Source: Myxococcota bacterium (GTDB taxonomy: Bacteria; Myxococcota_A; UBA796; SXON01). From it: a DNA stretch of 30,125 nucleotides. The DNA lies in assembly GCA_040386535.1 (NCBI GenBank), contig JAZKFH010000085.1, positions 1 through 30,125 on the forward strand, given 5' to 3'. A model generated the notes under the pieces. The model was not told the DNA's origin, did not search any database, and saw only the letters and a list, made by a program, of their open reading frames with translations. This document shows positions 16,439-25,297 of this stretch, in pieces (within the stretch, counting starts at the first letter, position 1; each line of letters begins with the position of its first letter). Position numbers and translations under genes: made by a program.

Positions 16439-16966
16439 ATGGAACCGTACCTCGGCCAGCTCATGCTCGTCGGCTTCAACTTCGCGCCCCGGGGCTGGGC
16501 CTTCTGCAACGGGCAGCTCATGTCCATCGCGCAGAACACGGCGTTGTTCAGCCTCCTCGGCACCACCTACGGCGGCGACGGCATCACCACCTTCGCCCTG
16601 CCCGACCTGCGCGGCCGCGCGCCCCTGCACTTCGGCCAGGGCCCCGGCCTGTCCAACTACGTCCAGGGCGAGTCCACCGGCAGCGAGACCGTCACGATCC
16701 TCACCACGAACCTGCCGGCGCACAACCACGCCATCCTCGCCAACAACGGCACCGGAAACACCAACAGCCCTGAGGGCGCCGTGCTCGCCGGGTACGGGAG
16801 CTCCATGCCCCCGGAGGGCCCCTACACCAACGCGAACGCCAACACCACGCTCGCCCCGGGCGCCGTGGCGCCGACCGGCGGGAGCCAGCCGACCTCGATC
16901 CTGCAGCCCCTCCTGGTGCTGAACTGGATCATCGCGACGGAAGGCATCTTCCCCTCGCGCGGCTGA
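16439..16966 (+). CDS. Phage tail-collar domain protein (microcystin-dependent-protein-like)
   Basis: MEPYLGQLMLVGFNFAPRGWAFCNGQLMSIAQNTALFSLLGTTYGGDGITTFALPDLRGR ... NLPAHNH ... QPLLVLNWIIATEGIFPSR. Confidence 0.92.
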   Translation: MEPYLGQLMLVGFNFAPRGWAFCNGQLMSIAQNTALFSLLGTTYGGDGITTFALPDLRGRAPLHFGQGPGLSNYVQGESTGSETVTILTTNLPAHNHAILANNGTGNTNSPEGAVLAGYGSSMPPEGPYTNANANTTLAPGAVAPTGGSQPTSILQPLLVLNWIIATEGIFPSRG

Positions 16967-16970
16967 TCCG

Positions 16971-18122
16971 TCAGGGCGCGCCGAGCGCGGGCGCCCACGT
17001 CGAGAAGCCGAGGCCTGTCCCGATGGCGGTCTTGACCTGCCAGGCCACGCGGCCATCCGGCGTGACCTGGTCGATCTGGCCCGACGAGGTCCACGTGATG
17101 ACCGTGTTGCCACCGGGGAGGCGCTCGGCGCCCCCGAGGAAGGTGACCAGCAGGCAGTCGGGGGAGGTGTAGCTCCACGTGCGCCGCACCTCGCGCGTGG
17201 TCTCGTCCAGCGCGAGCTCGACGGCATCGGAGCAGGACGTGGGGTCCGCCGGGTTGTTGCGGGAGAACGCGAGCAAGCCGCCGTCGAGGCGCTGCACGCT
17301 GTGGGGCAACGACAGGAGCCGGTCCCGGTCGGGGTTGGTGAAGTCGCCCCCGTCGGGATCGCCGACGAACCAGACCATCGTGCCGGACGCGCGGTCGATC
17401 TTCGCGACGCCGTTGTTGAACGTCATGCTGACGAAGTAGGCGTCCTCCGCCGCGGAGTACGTGATGCCGTTGATGTGGGACCAGTCCTCGACCGTGCGAT
17501 CGGGCACGTAGAGGGAGGCGTAGGTCTCCTCCAGGTTGGGCTCGAAGTTGTCGAACACGCTCCACACCACGCGCTCGACCCCGTCGGGGGAGCGCTCGAC
17601 GATCGTGTCCCCGAGGATCTTGCGGTCGCCGTAGGGGCGGATGTCCCAGCCGAGCGTGGCGTAGCCGCCGGGCGTGTACTCCACGAAATCGGTGTGCCCG
17701 CTCGTGATGCCGACGTTCTCGGGCGCGCCGCCGTCGAGGGGCACACGGACGATCTGCGAGGGCGTGTCGACCGAGACCGCCTGGTGGTTGTACAGGATGG
17801 CGGTGCCGTCGAGCGAGAAGGCGGCCCGCAGCGGCGGCGCGGCGAGGCCGGTGTCGTTGTCCGGGTACGCCCAGATCACCTTGCCCGTGTCGTCCAGCAC
17901 GACGATGCCGCCGCTCGGGATCTGGATGAGGGGCACCACGAGCACGCCGCCCTCGCCGGCCTCGGGGGCCTCGGCGGAGAACGTGAAGTCGGGCACCCAC
18001 GGCGGGACCACCAGGGCCGTGGGATCGCCGGTGTCGTCGGGGGCGCCGGTGTCGTCGCCCGGGGGCTTGCCGCTGTCCGTGCCGGGCGCCACACAGGCGA
18101 GGAGGAGCCCGAACAGGGTCAC
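16971..18122 (-). CDS. Arylsulfotransferase (ASST)-like beta-propeller lipoprotein
   Basis: The GTG start overlaps the upstream TGA (GTGA), and the protein begins MTLFGLLLAC. Motifs GHTDF, DWSHINGITY, LPHSVQ and LGGAERLPGGNTVITW are typical of ASST-like proteins. Confidence 0.7.
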   Translation of the reverse strand: MTLFGLLLACVAPGTDSGKPPGDDTGAPDDTGDPTALVVPPWVPDFTFSAEAPEAGEGGVLVVPLIQIPSGGIVVLDDTGKVIWAYPDNDTGLAAPPLRAAFSLDGTAILYNHQAVSVDTPSQIVRVPLDGGAPENVGITSGHTDFVEYTPGGYATLGWDIRPYGDRKILGDTIVERSPDGVERVVWSVFDNFEPNLEETYASLYVPDRTVEDWSHINGITYSAAEDAYFVSMTFNNGVAKIDRASGTMVWFVGDPDGGDFTNPDRDRLLSLPHSVQRLDGGLLAFSRNNPADPTSCSDAVELALDETTREVRRTWSYTSPDCLLVTFLGGAERLPGGNTVITWTSSGQIDQVTPDGRVAWQVKTAIGTGLGFSTWAPALGAP

Positions 18123-19054
18123 TCGGCCGACCCCTCGAGCAGGGTGACGAAGCGCGGGGCCGGGTTCGTGCAGGTGCGGCAGCGCAGCGCCAGGAGCCAC
18201 GTGCCCGTGCTGTCGATCCCGGCAAAGGCGCCCTCGCCCTCGAGGTCGGCGAGGGTCGCGCTCGAGTAGCCGGACACGTCGAGCGTCCAGCTCACCTGCG
18301 CGCGCTCCTCGAGGGAGAACACGTCCTGCGCGAGCTCCTCGGGGGTCTCCTCGAAGCGGGCGACCCACAGCTCGTCGAGCGTGGCGTGATCGAGCTCGTC
18401 GCCCAGGCCGTCGCGGGTGAGCCCGGCCCAGTCGAACGTGAGCGCCGCGCTGCCGGTGGGGACGACCACGGAGGTGAGGGAGTCGAGGTCGACATCGACG
18501 GCGAGGGTGCTGGTCGTGTCGGTGAGGTGGGCCTCGGACGTGTCGCTCTCGGCGACGGCCTCGAGGAACATCAGCGCGTCGGCGCCGGGCTCGCCGCTCA
18601 TCCCGAGCGCGAGGAGCCAGGTGCCGTAGCCCTCCTGGAAGTACTGCTGGATGTCGATCGTGTTGCCGAACATGCCGAAGTCGGAGAGCACGCAGGAGGC
18701 GTCGGTGGGCGTGCAGGTGACGAACACGCTCACGTCGGCCTGGGCGAGCTCGTCATGGGCCAGGGCGTACGAGACCTCGGCGGGTTCGAGGTCACGGAAC
18801 GCGATGAGGCGCGCCTCGTTCAAGTCCGTGCGCGGATCGATCTCGCCGCCGCGCACGTCGTGGGTCAACGTGTCCCAGCGGATGATCGCGTCGGTCTCGG
18901 CGCGGAGCGGGCTCGAACCGATGGAGAGCTCGGAGGTGTAGGCGAAGTTGTTCGCGTTCACGAGCGTGCAGTCGGTGCACGCCTCCACCGCGGCGTCGGG
19001 CTCGGCCGTGCAGGCCGTGAGGACGAGGGCGAGGGTAGGGACGAGGTACCGCAT
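18119..19054 (-). CDS. Hypothetical lipoprotein
   Basis: MRYLVPTLALVLTAC lipobox and GGAG SD; C-terminal LALRCRTCTNPAPRF. Translationally coupled to the ASST-like gene. Confidence 0.75.
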   Translation of the reverse strand: MRYLVPTLALVLTACTAEPDAAVEACTDCTLVNANNFAYTSELSIGSSPLRAETDAIIRWDTLTHDVRGGEIDPRTDLNEARLIAFRDLEPAEVSYALAHDELAQADVSVFVTCTPTDASCVLSDFGMFGNTIDIQQYFQEGYGTWLLALGMSGEPGADALMFLEAVAESDTSEAHLTDTTSTLAVDVDLDSLTSVVVPTGSAALTFDWAGLTRDGLGDELDHATLDELWVARFEETPEELAQDVFSLEERAQVSWTLDVSGYSSATLADLEGEGAFAGIDSTGTWLLALRCRTCTNPAPRFVTLLEGSAE

Positions 19055-19333
19055 GAGCGCTCCGGTGGAAGGTCACAACCGAGCGCCTTCTCGACACGAA
19101 TGCCCTCACTAAGAGAAACAGATGTCGGAAAGTTGTCAGGACGTGTCGTGTCCGAAAGATCGGACAAACGCCCGAAACCTGACACTCCCGTGTAAGTATG
19201 CGAACATTCGGGGGGCAACCGGAGGGATCCCGATCCGGCGGCCCCGCGCCGTCGGCGAGGGAAGGGGGGAGGCGCGACGGGACCGGCCGTCCTAAACTCT
19301 GCCGACCAACACCTCCCGCTCGGAGCACCCGTC

Positions 19334-19828
19334 ATGATCAGCACCGCCGTCCTCGCCCTCCTCCTCGCCGTCTCGCCCGCCCACGCCGGAAAGAAGAAGG
19401 ACGCCGCGCCGTCCCCGCCGCCCGTCGCCGCCGCCCCCGCCGCGCCCGCCATCGACCCGGCCTTCGAGGCCGACATCCGCGCGCTCCTCCTCGCGACCGG
19501 CGCTGGCTCGATGGGCATCCAGATGATGGACCAGATGATGGTCTCGCTCAAGCCCATGGCGCCGGGCCTCCCCGACGCGTTCTGGGACGGCGTGAAGAGC
19601 GAGTTCAAGGCGGACGAGCTCATCAACCTCGTCGTGCCCATCTACGCGCGTCACCTGAGCCACGACGACGTCAAGGCCCTCATCGCCTTCTACCAGAGCC
19701 CCGCCGGCAAGAAGATGATCCAGGTGCAGCCCATGATCATGTCGGAGTCGATGGAGGTCGGGCAGGCCTGGGGGCAACAGATCGCCATGCGCGTCGTGAC
19801 CCGGATGCAGGCGGAGCAGGCCAAGTAG
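19334..19828 (+). CDS. DUF2059-domain secreted protein
   Basis: Signal peptide (AHA cleavage site); LVVPIYARHLSHDDVKALIAFYQSPAGKK and GQAWGQQ match DUF2059; GGAG SD. Confidence 0.85.
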   Translation: MISTAVLALLLAVSPAHAGKKKDAAPSPPPVAAAPAAPAIDPAFEADIRALLLATGAGSMGIQMMDQMMVSLKPMAPGLPDAFWDGVKSEFKADELINLVVPIYARHLSHDDVKALIAFYQSPAGKKMIQVQPMIMSESMEVGQAWGQQIAMRVVTRMQAEQAK

Positions 19829-19958
19829 GGCGCAGCCATCGGGCTCCCGGGCGCCCGCCCGGCCCCCGTTACGGCCCGCTTACTCTCCGTTCCGCGCGGG
19901 CCCCGCGGCCTTCCCCGGGAGGCCGGGGTCTGGTATCGTCCGCCTCCGTGGAGCGACG

Positions 19959-20987
19959 ATGCGGACCCTCTGGGCCAGCCTGTTCCGGGCGCACCTGTGC
20001 GGCCTCGCGGTCCTCGGGGGCTGCGCTCCGACCGAGGAAGAACCGGTCGATCCGGGGCGCCCCGTCGATCCGCTGTTCCTGCCGGACGTGAGCGGGATCG
20101 ATCTGCCCGTGGCCTACGCCGATGCGTTTGCCATGGCGCTGAACGTCCGGACCGCCACGGCGTGGGCGGGGCACGTCGCCACCCTCGGCATGCGCACCGC
20201 CGGGTGCCCCGATCTGTGGGTGGGCGCGCCGGGGGACGCGCTCGATCTCGATGACGACGCGCCGGGCGTGTCGTGGGCGGATCACTGCGACAACGGCCAG
20301 GGCGTCGACTTCGGCGGGGCGCTCTACTGGGAGACCGCGGTGGCGGTCGAGGGCGATCCTGCCTCGGAGGAGGGCCGCACCAGCTCCGCGGAGCGCACGC
20401 TCGTCGGGGACGCGACGGTGGGGGAGGGCAGTGATGCCCGCTTCGAGCTCGACGGCGAGGCGAGCGACGCGGTGAGCCTCTCCGAGGCGCCCGGCTACGC
20501 GCGGTACACGTGGTCGAGCCTCGTGGCGGGCACGGTCACCGGCTCGGAGGTGTTCGTCGGCACCTCGACCCCCGGCGGCTACCGCACGGACCTGTACCTC
20601 TACGCGGAGGGCGGCGACGCCGAGCGCCTCGAGGCCCGCGGCAACCTGTACCTCTACGAGGACCGCATCGCCGACCGCTTCGACAGCGTCGCGATGGATC
20701 TGTCGTACGTCGGCCCCACGAACGCGGCGCCCACGGACTGTACGCTCGAGCCGACCGGATGGCTCTCGGTGCGCGACGCCGACGCCTACTGGTACGACCT
20801 CGTGTTCCTGCCGGCGGATGCGGAAGCCCCTGAGACGGGCGTCTCCGCCGCCTGCGACGGCTGCGGCGAGCTCTACGTGCGGGGGGTGCCCGCGGGCCAG
20901 GTGTGTGTCGACCTCTCGCTCGCGTGGGACGGCCGGCTCGCGCCCCCGTCGATCGCCGACTTCGCGCTCTCGCTCCACGATCTCTGA
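19959..20987 (+). CDS. Hypothetical lipoprotein, first gene of the heme/DUF1501 operon
   Basis: AVLGGC lipobox, GGAG SD, TGgTATCGT -10 at 19931-19939, and a Cys-rich C-terminus (CTLEP, CDGCG, VCVD). Confidence 0.7.
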   Translation: MRTLWASLFRAHLCGLAVLGGCAPTEEEPVDPGRPVDPLFLPDVSGIDLPVAYADAFAMALNVRTATAWAGHVATLGMRTAGCPDLWVGAPGDALDLDDDAPGVSWADHCDNGQGVDFGGALYWETAVAVEGDPASEEGRTSSAERTLVGDATVGEGSDARFELDGEASDAVSLSEAPGYARYTWSSLVAGTVTGSEVFVGTSTPGGYRTDLYLYAEGGDAERLEARGNLYLYEDRIADRFDSVAMDLSYVGPTNAAPTDCTLEPTGWLSVRDADAYWYDLVFLPADAEAPETGVSAACDGCGELYVRGVPAGQVCVDLSLAWDGRLAPPSIADFALSLHDL

Positions 20988-21002
20988 CGCCGGGAGGGCT
21001 CC

Positions 21003-22631
21003 ATGGTTCTCTTCCTCTCCCTCCTCGGCTGCCAGCCCGCCGCGCCGGACGACACGATGCTCGGCCTGTCGCCCCGCGCGGGGCTTCGGCGCCTGTCCAT
21101 CGATCTGCGCGGCGTGCACCCCTCCGAGGAGGAGCTGGTCGCGATCGACGCGAACCCCGATCTGTACGCGGAGTACGCCGATCGGTACCTGGACGACCCG
21201 CGCTTCGCCGCCCGCATGCGCGAGGTGTTCAACCTCCGCTACCTGACCCGCACGGGCGACACGTACTTCGATCCGACCGAGGCCGGCGTGGGCGACATCG
21301 CCTCCGGCACCGTCGGCGACAGCATCGGGGACGAGCCCCTGCGGCTCCTCACCTACCTCGTGGAGCAGGAACTCCCCTACGACTACATCGTGACCGCGCC
21401 GCACACGATGGCGGATCCGGTGCTGGCCCGCATGTGGGATCTGGACCGCGAGCCCGGCCCCGCGGGCGAGGAGGACGCGTGGACGCCGGCCACCTGGCGC
21501 GACGGCCGCCCCGCCGCCGGGATGTTGTCGATGACGACGATCTGGCAGCGCTACCCGTCGATGGGAGGAAACGCGAACCGGCACCGCGCCAACGCCATCT
21601 CCCGCATGTTGTTGTGTGACGACTACCTGTCCCGCCCCATCGTGCTCAACCGCGCGGCGGTCGATCTGTTGACGTTGGACCCGGAGAACGCCATCGCGGT
21701 CACCCCGTCCTGCCAGTCGTGCCACTCCACCCTCGATCCGCTCGCGGGCACCCTGTTCGGGTTCTTCCACTACGAAGCGAATGAGGGCATCGACGACGCG
21801 ATCACCTACCGCCCCGAGAACGAGGAGGCGTGGCGCGACTACTCCGGCAAGGAGCCCGGGTACTTCGGGCGTCCGACCGCCAATCTCGTGGAGCTCGGCG
21901 CCAACATCGCGGCGGATCCGCGCTTCGCCGAGTGCGCGGTGCGGACGGTGTGGGAGGGGTTCAGCCAGCGCACCTACACGGACGACGACTGGGCCGCGCT
22001 CGTGGGCCTGCGCGACGTGTACGCCAGCGAGGGCGAGCGCCTGAAGCCGGTCGTGCGCGCGCTCGTGACCTCCGCTGAGTACCGCGCGGGCGAGACCGAC
22101 GACGCCGACCTGGACGATCGCCTCGCCACGGTGCGCGTCGTCTCTCCCGCGCAGCTCGCCAGCGTCGTGGAGGACCTGACCACCTACCGCTGGACCTTCG
22201 ACGGGCGCCCCGGCCTGACCACGAACGACATCGGCCTGCCCGTGCTCGCGGGCGGGGTGGACAGCCGGTACGTCACGATCCCGTCGTACACGCCGTCGTT
22301 GGGGCTCGCGTTCGTGCAGGAGCGGCTCGCGCAGGCCGCCGGGCGCCATGTCGCCGAGCACGATCTGGCCGAGGGCCGCGAGGGGGACGCGATCCTGCTC
22401 CGGTACGTCACCGCCCTCGACACGCCGGAGAGCGCCCCCGCCGCCTTCGAGGCCCAGATCCGCTTCCTGTACCTGCGCGTCACCGGCGAGGCCCTCGCCG
22501 CCGAGGCGACCGAGCCGGCCGCGCTCGCGGCGCTCTGGAGCGAGCTGATGAAGGTCGAGGCCTCGCCCACGGCCGCGTGGGCCGGGGTGGTCTCGGCGGT
22601 GCTCCGCGATCCCGCCGTGCTCTTCTACTGA
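21003..22631 (+). CDS. Heme c lipoprotein, DUF1549/DUF1585/DUF1588-like (planctomycete/myxobacterial cytochrome c superfamily)
   Basis: MVLFLSLLGC; LRRLSIDLRGVHPS, PAAGMLS, RANAISRMLLCDD, heme motif CQSCH..LDPLA, PRFAECAV and LKPVVRALVTSAEY. Confidence 0.7.
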   Translation: MVLFLSLLGCQPAAPDDTMLGLSPRAGLRRLSIDLRGVHPSEEELVAIDANPDLYAEYADRYLDDPRFAARMREVFNLRYLTRTGDTYFDPTEAGVGDIASGTVGDSIGDEPLRLLTYLVEQELPYDYIVTAPHTMADPVLARMWDLDREPGPAGEEDAWTPATWRDGRPAAGMLSMTTIWQRYPSMGGNANRHRANAISRMLLCDDYLSRPIVLNRAAVDLLTLDPENAIAVTPSCQSCHSTLDPLAGTLFGFFHYEANEGIDDAITYRPENEEAWRDYSGKEPGYFGRPTANLVELGANIAADPRFAECAVRTVWEGFSQRTYTDDDWAALVGLRDVYASEGERLKPVVRALVTSAEYRAGETDDADLDDRLATVRVVSPAQLASVVEDLTTYRWTFDGRPGLTTNDIGLPVLAGGVDSRYVTIPSYTPSLGLAFVQERLAQAAGRHVAEHDLAEGREGDAILLRYVTALDTPESAPAAFEAQIRFLYLRVTGEALAAEATEPAALAALWSELMKVEASPTAAWAGVVSAVLRDPAVLFY

Positions 22632-22648
22632 TCCGGGAGGAACCCGCC

Positions 22649-23899
22649 ATGCGTCTGTCCCGTCGTCAGTTGTTCACCGGAAGCGCCGCGCTCGCCGCGG
22701 GGGCCGCCATGGGCGTCCGCGTCCCCCGCGCGATGGCCGCCGCGCCCGACCGCAAGTTCCTGTTCTTCTTCGCGGGCGGCGGGTGGGACACCACCACCGT
22801 GCTCGATCCCCACTTCGGCAGCACCAGCGTCGACATGGATCCGGACACCACCCTCGGCGAGGTCGGCAACCTGCGCTTCACCGCCGGCGAGGACCGCCCC
22901 GCCGTCTCCCGCTTCTTCTCCCGCTGGGGAAGGCGCGCCTGCATCGTCAACGGCATCGACGTGCACAGCGTGGGTCACGACTCGGCCCAGCAGTTCGTGA
23001 TGACCGGCACCTCCGCGTCGAGCTTCGCGGACTGGCCCACCCTGCTCGCGGCGCACGGGCAAGCCGCCTATCCGCTGCCCCACGTCGTGTTCTCCGGGCC
23101 CTCCTACGCCGGGCCGCACGGCGCCACGCTGGTCCGCGCCGGCGGCGGCACGTTGCTCGAGCTCATCGACGGCTCCATCCTCGGCCGCGCCGATCGCTCG
23201 GCGCCTGTCCCCGCGCAGCCGCAGAACGCGATCGTGGACGCCTTCGTGCACGGCCGCGTCGCGTCGTACGCCGCCACACGCACCGGCCAGGGCCGCGTGC
23301 GCGCCGAGGGCCTCCTCGCCAACCTGGAGCGCGCCATGGAGCTGGAGGGGCGCGCGTTCGAGGCGGGCCTGTCCGACCTGGGGCGGAGCGTGCTCGACCA
23401 GGCGACCCAGGCGAGCGAGCTGTTCCGCCTCGGGTTGTCCCGCTGCGCGATGATCCGCATCGACGGCGGCTACGACACCCACGACGACGCCACCGCGCAG
23501 GCGCCCCAGCAGGAGGAGTTCTACACCGTGCTCGACGCGCTGATGGAGCACCTCGCGCGCACCCCGGGCGACAACGCGAGCTGGCTCATCGACGAGGTCG
23601 TCATCGTGGCGCTCTCCGAGTTCGGCCGCACCCCCAAGCTCAACGGCGGCGGCGGCAAGGACCACTGGCCGTACCTCTCCGGCCTGCTCGTGGGGAGCGG
23701 CGTCGCGGGCAACCGCGTGGTCGGGAGCACCGACGACGCGCTGGTTGCCCAGAGCATCGACTTCACCACGGGCCTCCCGTCGAGCTCGGGGAGCCGCCTC
23801 GGCTGCGAGAACCTCGGCACCGCGATCCTGGCGCTGGGCGGCCTGGACCCGCAGGAGCACCTCCCCGACGTGCAGGTGCTCGAGGCGGTGCTGGGGTGA
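22649..23899 (+). CDS. DUF1501-family Tat-exported protein
   Basis: GGAGG SD and twin-arginine signal MRLSRRQLF; FFFAGGGWD, GGYDTHD and SEFGRTPKLNGGGGKDHWP. Confidence 0.85.
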   Translation: MRLSRRQLFTGSAALAAGAAMGVRVPRAMAAAPDRKFLFFFAGGGWDTTTVLDPHFGSTSVDMDPDTTLGEVGNLRFTAGEDRPAVSRFFSRWGRRACIVNGIDVHSVGHDSAQQFVMTGTSASSFADWPTLLAAHGQAAYPLPHVVFSGPSYAGPHGATLVRAGGGTLLELIDGSILGRADRSAPVPAQPQNAIVDAFVHGRVASYAATRTGQGRVRAEGLLANLERAMELEGRAFEAGLSDLGRSVLDQATQASELFRLGLSRCAMIRIDGGYDTHDDATAQAPQQEEFYTVLDALMEHLARTPGDNASWLIDEVVIVALSEFGRTPKLNGGGGKDHWPYLSGLLVGSGVAGNRVVGSTDDALVAQSIDFTTGLPSSSGSRLGCENLGTAILALGGLDPQEHLPDVQVLEAVLG

Positions 23900-24267
23900 C
23901 GCTGCGGATCCTGCTCTTCGTGGCGCTCGCAGGCTGCACCGGCGCCCCCGTCAGCGACACCGCCGACACCGGCGCCTGCGACCACACGCCCGCGCTCACC
24001 TGGGCCAACTTCGGCCAGGGCTGGATGGACAAACACTGCGTGGGCTGCCACTCCTCGTTGCTGCGCGACGACCAGCGCAACGGCGCGCCGCCGAGCGTGA
24101 ACCTCGACACCTGGGACGACGCCGTGTTCTGGGGCGGCCGCATCGGCGCCCGCTCGCTCGGGGACGCGCCCACGATGCCGCCGGGCGGGGGGCCCTCCGA
24201 GGAGGAGCGGCGCCTGCTCGCGGAGTGGCTCGACTGCGCGGTGACCCCGGCCCGGGAGGCGGAGTGA
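23896..24267 (+). CDS. Small monoheme c-type cytochrome lipoprotein
   Basis: GTGA overlap with the upstream stop; ALAGC lipobox; CVGCH heme motif; distal MPPGGG..EERRLLAEWL. Confidence 0.8.
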   Translation: MTLRILLFVALAGCTGAPVSDTADTGACDHTPALTWANFGQGWMDKHCVGCHSSLLRDDQRNGAPPSVNLDTWDDAVFWGGRIGARSLGDAPTMPPGGGPSEEERRLLAEWLDCAVTPAREAE

Positions 24268-24902
24268 CCCTGCTGCTGCTCGCCGCGTGCTCCGAGTTCG
24301 TCCTGCGCAAGCCGCCGGTGGTGCCGCCCGCGGATCCGCCTGCCGACGATCCCGACGCCGCCTTCGGCGATCCGCCCGACTGGAGCACCTGCTCCTCCGG
24401 CTGGTACGGGCAGTACTACAACCTCCCGGGCGACCACCCCGATCTGGAGCCCGCGGCCACGGCTGACACAGGCGCCGCCGACGTGCCCGCCATGGACGAC
24501 GTCGACTGGTGGGCCGACGACCACCTCGCCTTCCGCCGCTACGACCCCTCGCTCGACTTCGGCGCCAACTGGTGGCCCGTCGAGCAGGGCATCGAGGGTG
24601 ATCCCGCCTACTTCGCCACCCGGTGGACCGCGTGGATGCGCGTCACGTCGGGGTCGAGCATCGACGTGGTCCTCGGCGCCCAGTCGGTGGCGTGGCTGGA
24701 GATCGACGGGGAGCCGGCGGTGGAGGTCTCCTCCGCGGAGGCGGGCACGCTCGACGCCCAGGTCTACACCGTGCCGGTGCGCGCGGGCCAGTTCCCCGTC
24801 GAGCTGCGCTTCGGCCAGCTCGAAGCGGGCGCCAGCGGCTTCCGGTTCCGCGTCGTGAGCGGGGACGCGGTGTTGTGTTACCCGGACTTCTCCGCTGGAT
24901 AG
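24264..24902 (+). CDS. PA14-like domain lipoprotein
   Basis: GTGA overlap; MTLLLLAAC; GWYGQYYN, RYDPSLDFG, YFATRWTAWM, WLEIDG and GQFPVELRFGQ resemble PA14. Confidence 0.7.
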   Translation: MTLLLLAACSEFVLRKPPVVPPADPPADDPDAAFGDPPDWSTCSSGWYGQYYNLPGDHPDLEPAATADTGAADVPAMDDVDWWADDHLAFRRYDPSLDFGANWWPVEQGIEGDPAYFATRWTAWMRVTSGSSIDVVLGAQSVAWLEIDGEPAVEVSSAEAGTLDAQVYTVPVRAGQFPVELRFGQLEAGASGFRFRVVSGDAVLCYPDFSAG

Positions 24903-24908
24903 GCAGGC

Positions 24909-25286
24909 ATGCGGTCGCGTCGGATCCTGGTCGTGGCCGCCGGGGTCACCGTGGCCCTCGGCCTCGCCTCGCGCCTGCCCGGCGCCCCGCCGTTCGTGGT
25001 CGCCTACGTCGGGGACGCCCTCTACGCGGTGCTGATCTACTGGCTCCTCGCCTTCGTCCGCCCCGGCGCCCCCGTGATGCGGCTGGCGCTCGCGGCGTGG
25101 GCCACCTGCGCGCTCATCGAGGCCTCCCAGGCCTGGCACCCGGCGTGGCTGGACGCGCTGCGCGCGCACCGGCTCGTGGCGCTGGTGCTCGGACGCGGCT
25201 TTTTGTGGAGCGATCTCGGCTGCTACGCGGTGGGCGTGCTCGCGGCGGGGGCGGTGGACCGGGCGATCCGCGGCGCAGGCCGCTGA
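24909..25286 (+). CDS. DUF2809 family membrane protein
   Basis: LGLASR, YVGDALYAVLIY, IEASQAWHPAWLDALR and LVLGRGFLWSDLGCYAVG. Confidence 0.85.
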   Translation: MRSRRILVVAAGVTVALGLASRLPGAPPFVVAYVGDALYAVLIYWLLAFVRPGAPVMRLALAAWATCALIEASQAWHPAWLDALRAHRLVALVLGRGFLWSDLGCYAVGVLAAGAVDRAIRGAGR

Positions 25287-25297
25287 GGGACCGAGCC

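Noticed and set aside
16439..16966. Prophage remnant
   Set aside because: No other phage, integrase or att features are present, and this collar-domain family is common in non-phage chromosomal contexts.
19205..19305. c-di-GMP riboswitch suggested by GGCAACC and CCTAAAC fragments
   Set aside because: It lacks the GAAA tetraloop/receptor arrangement and the GCAAAGC core in the right order; TAAACT is more simply a -10 for the DUF2059 gene.
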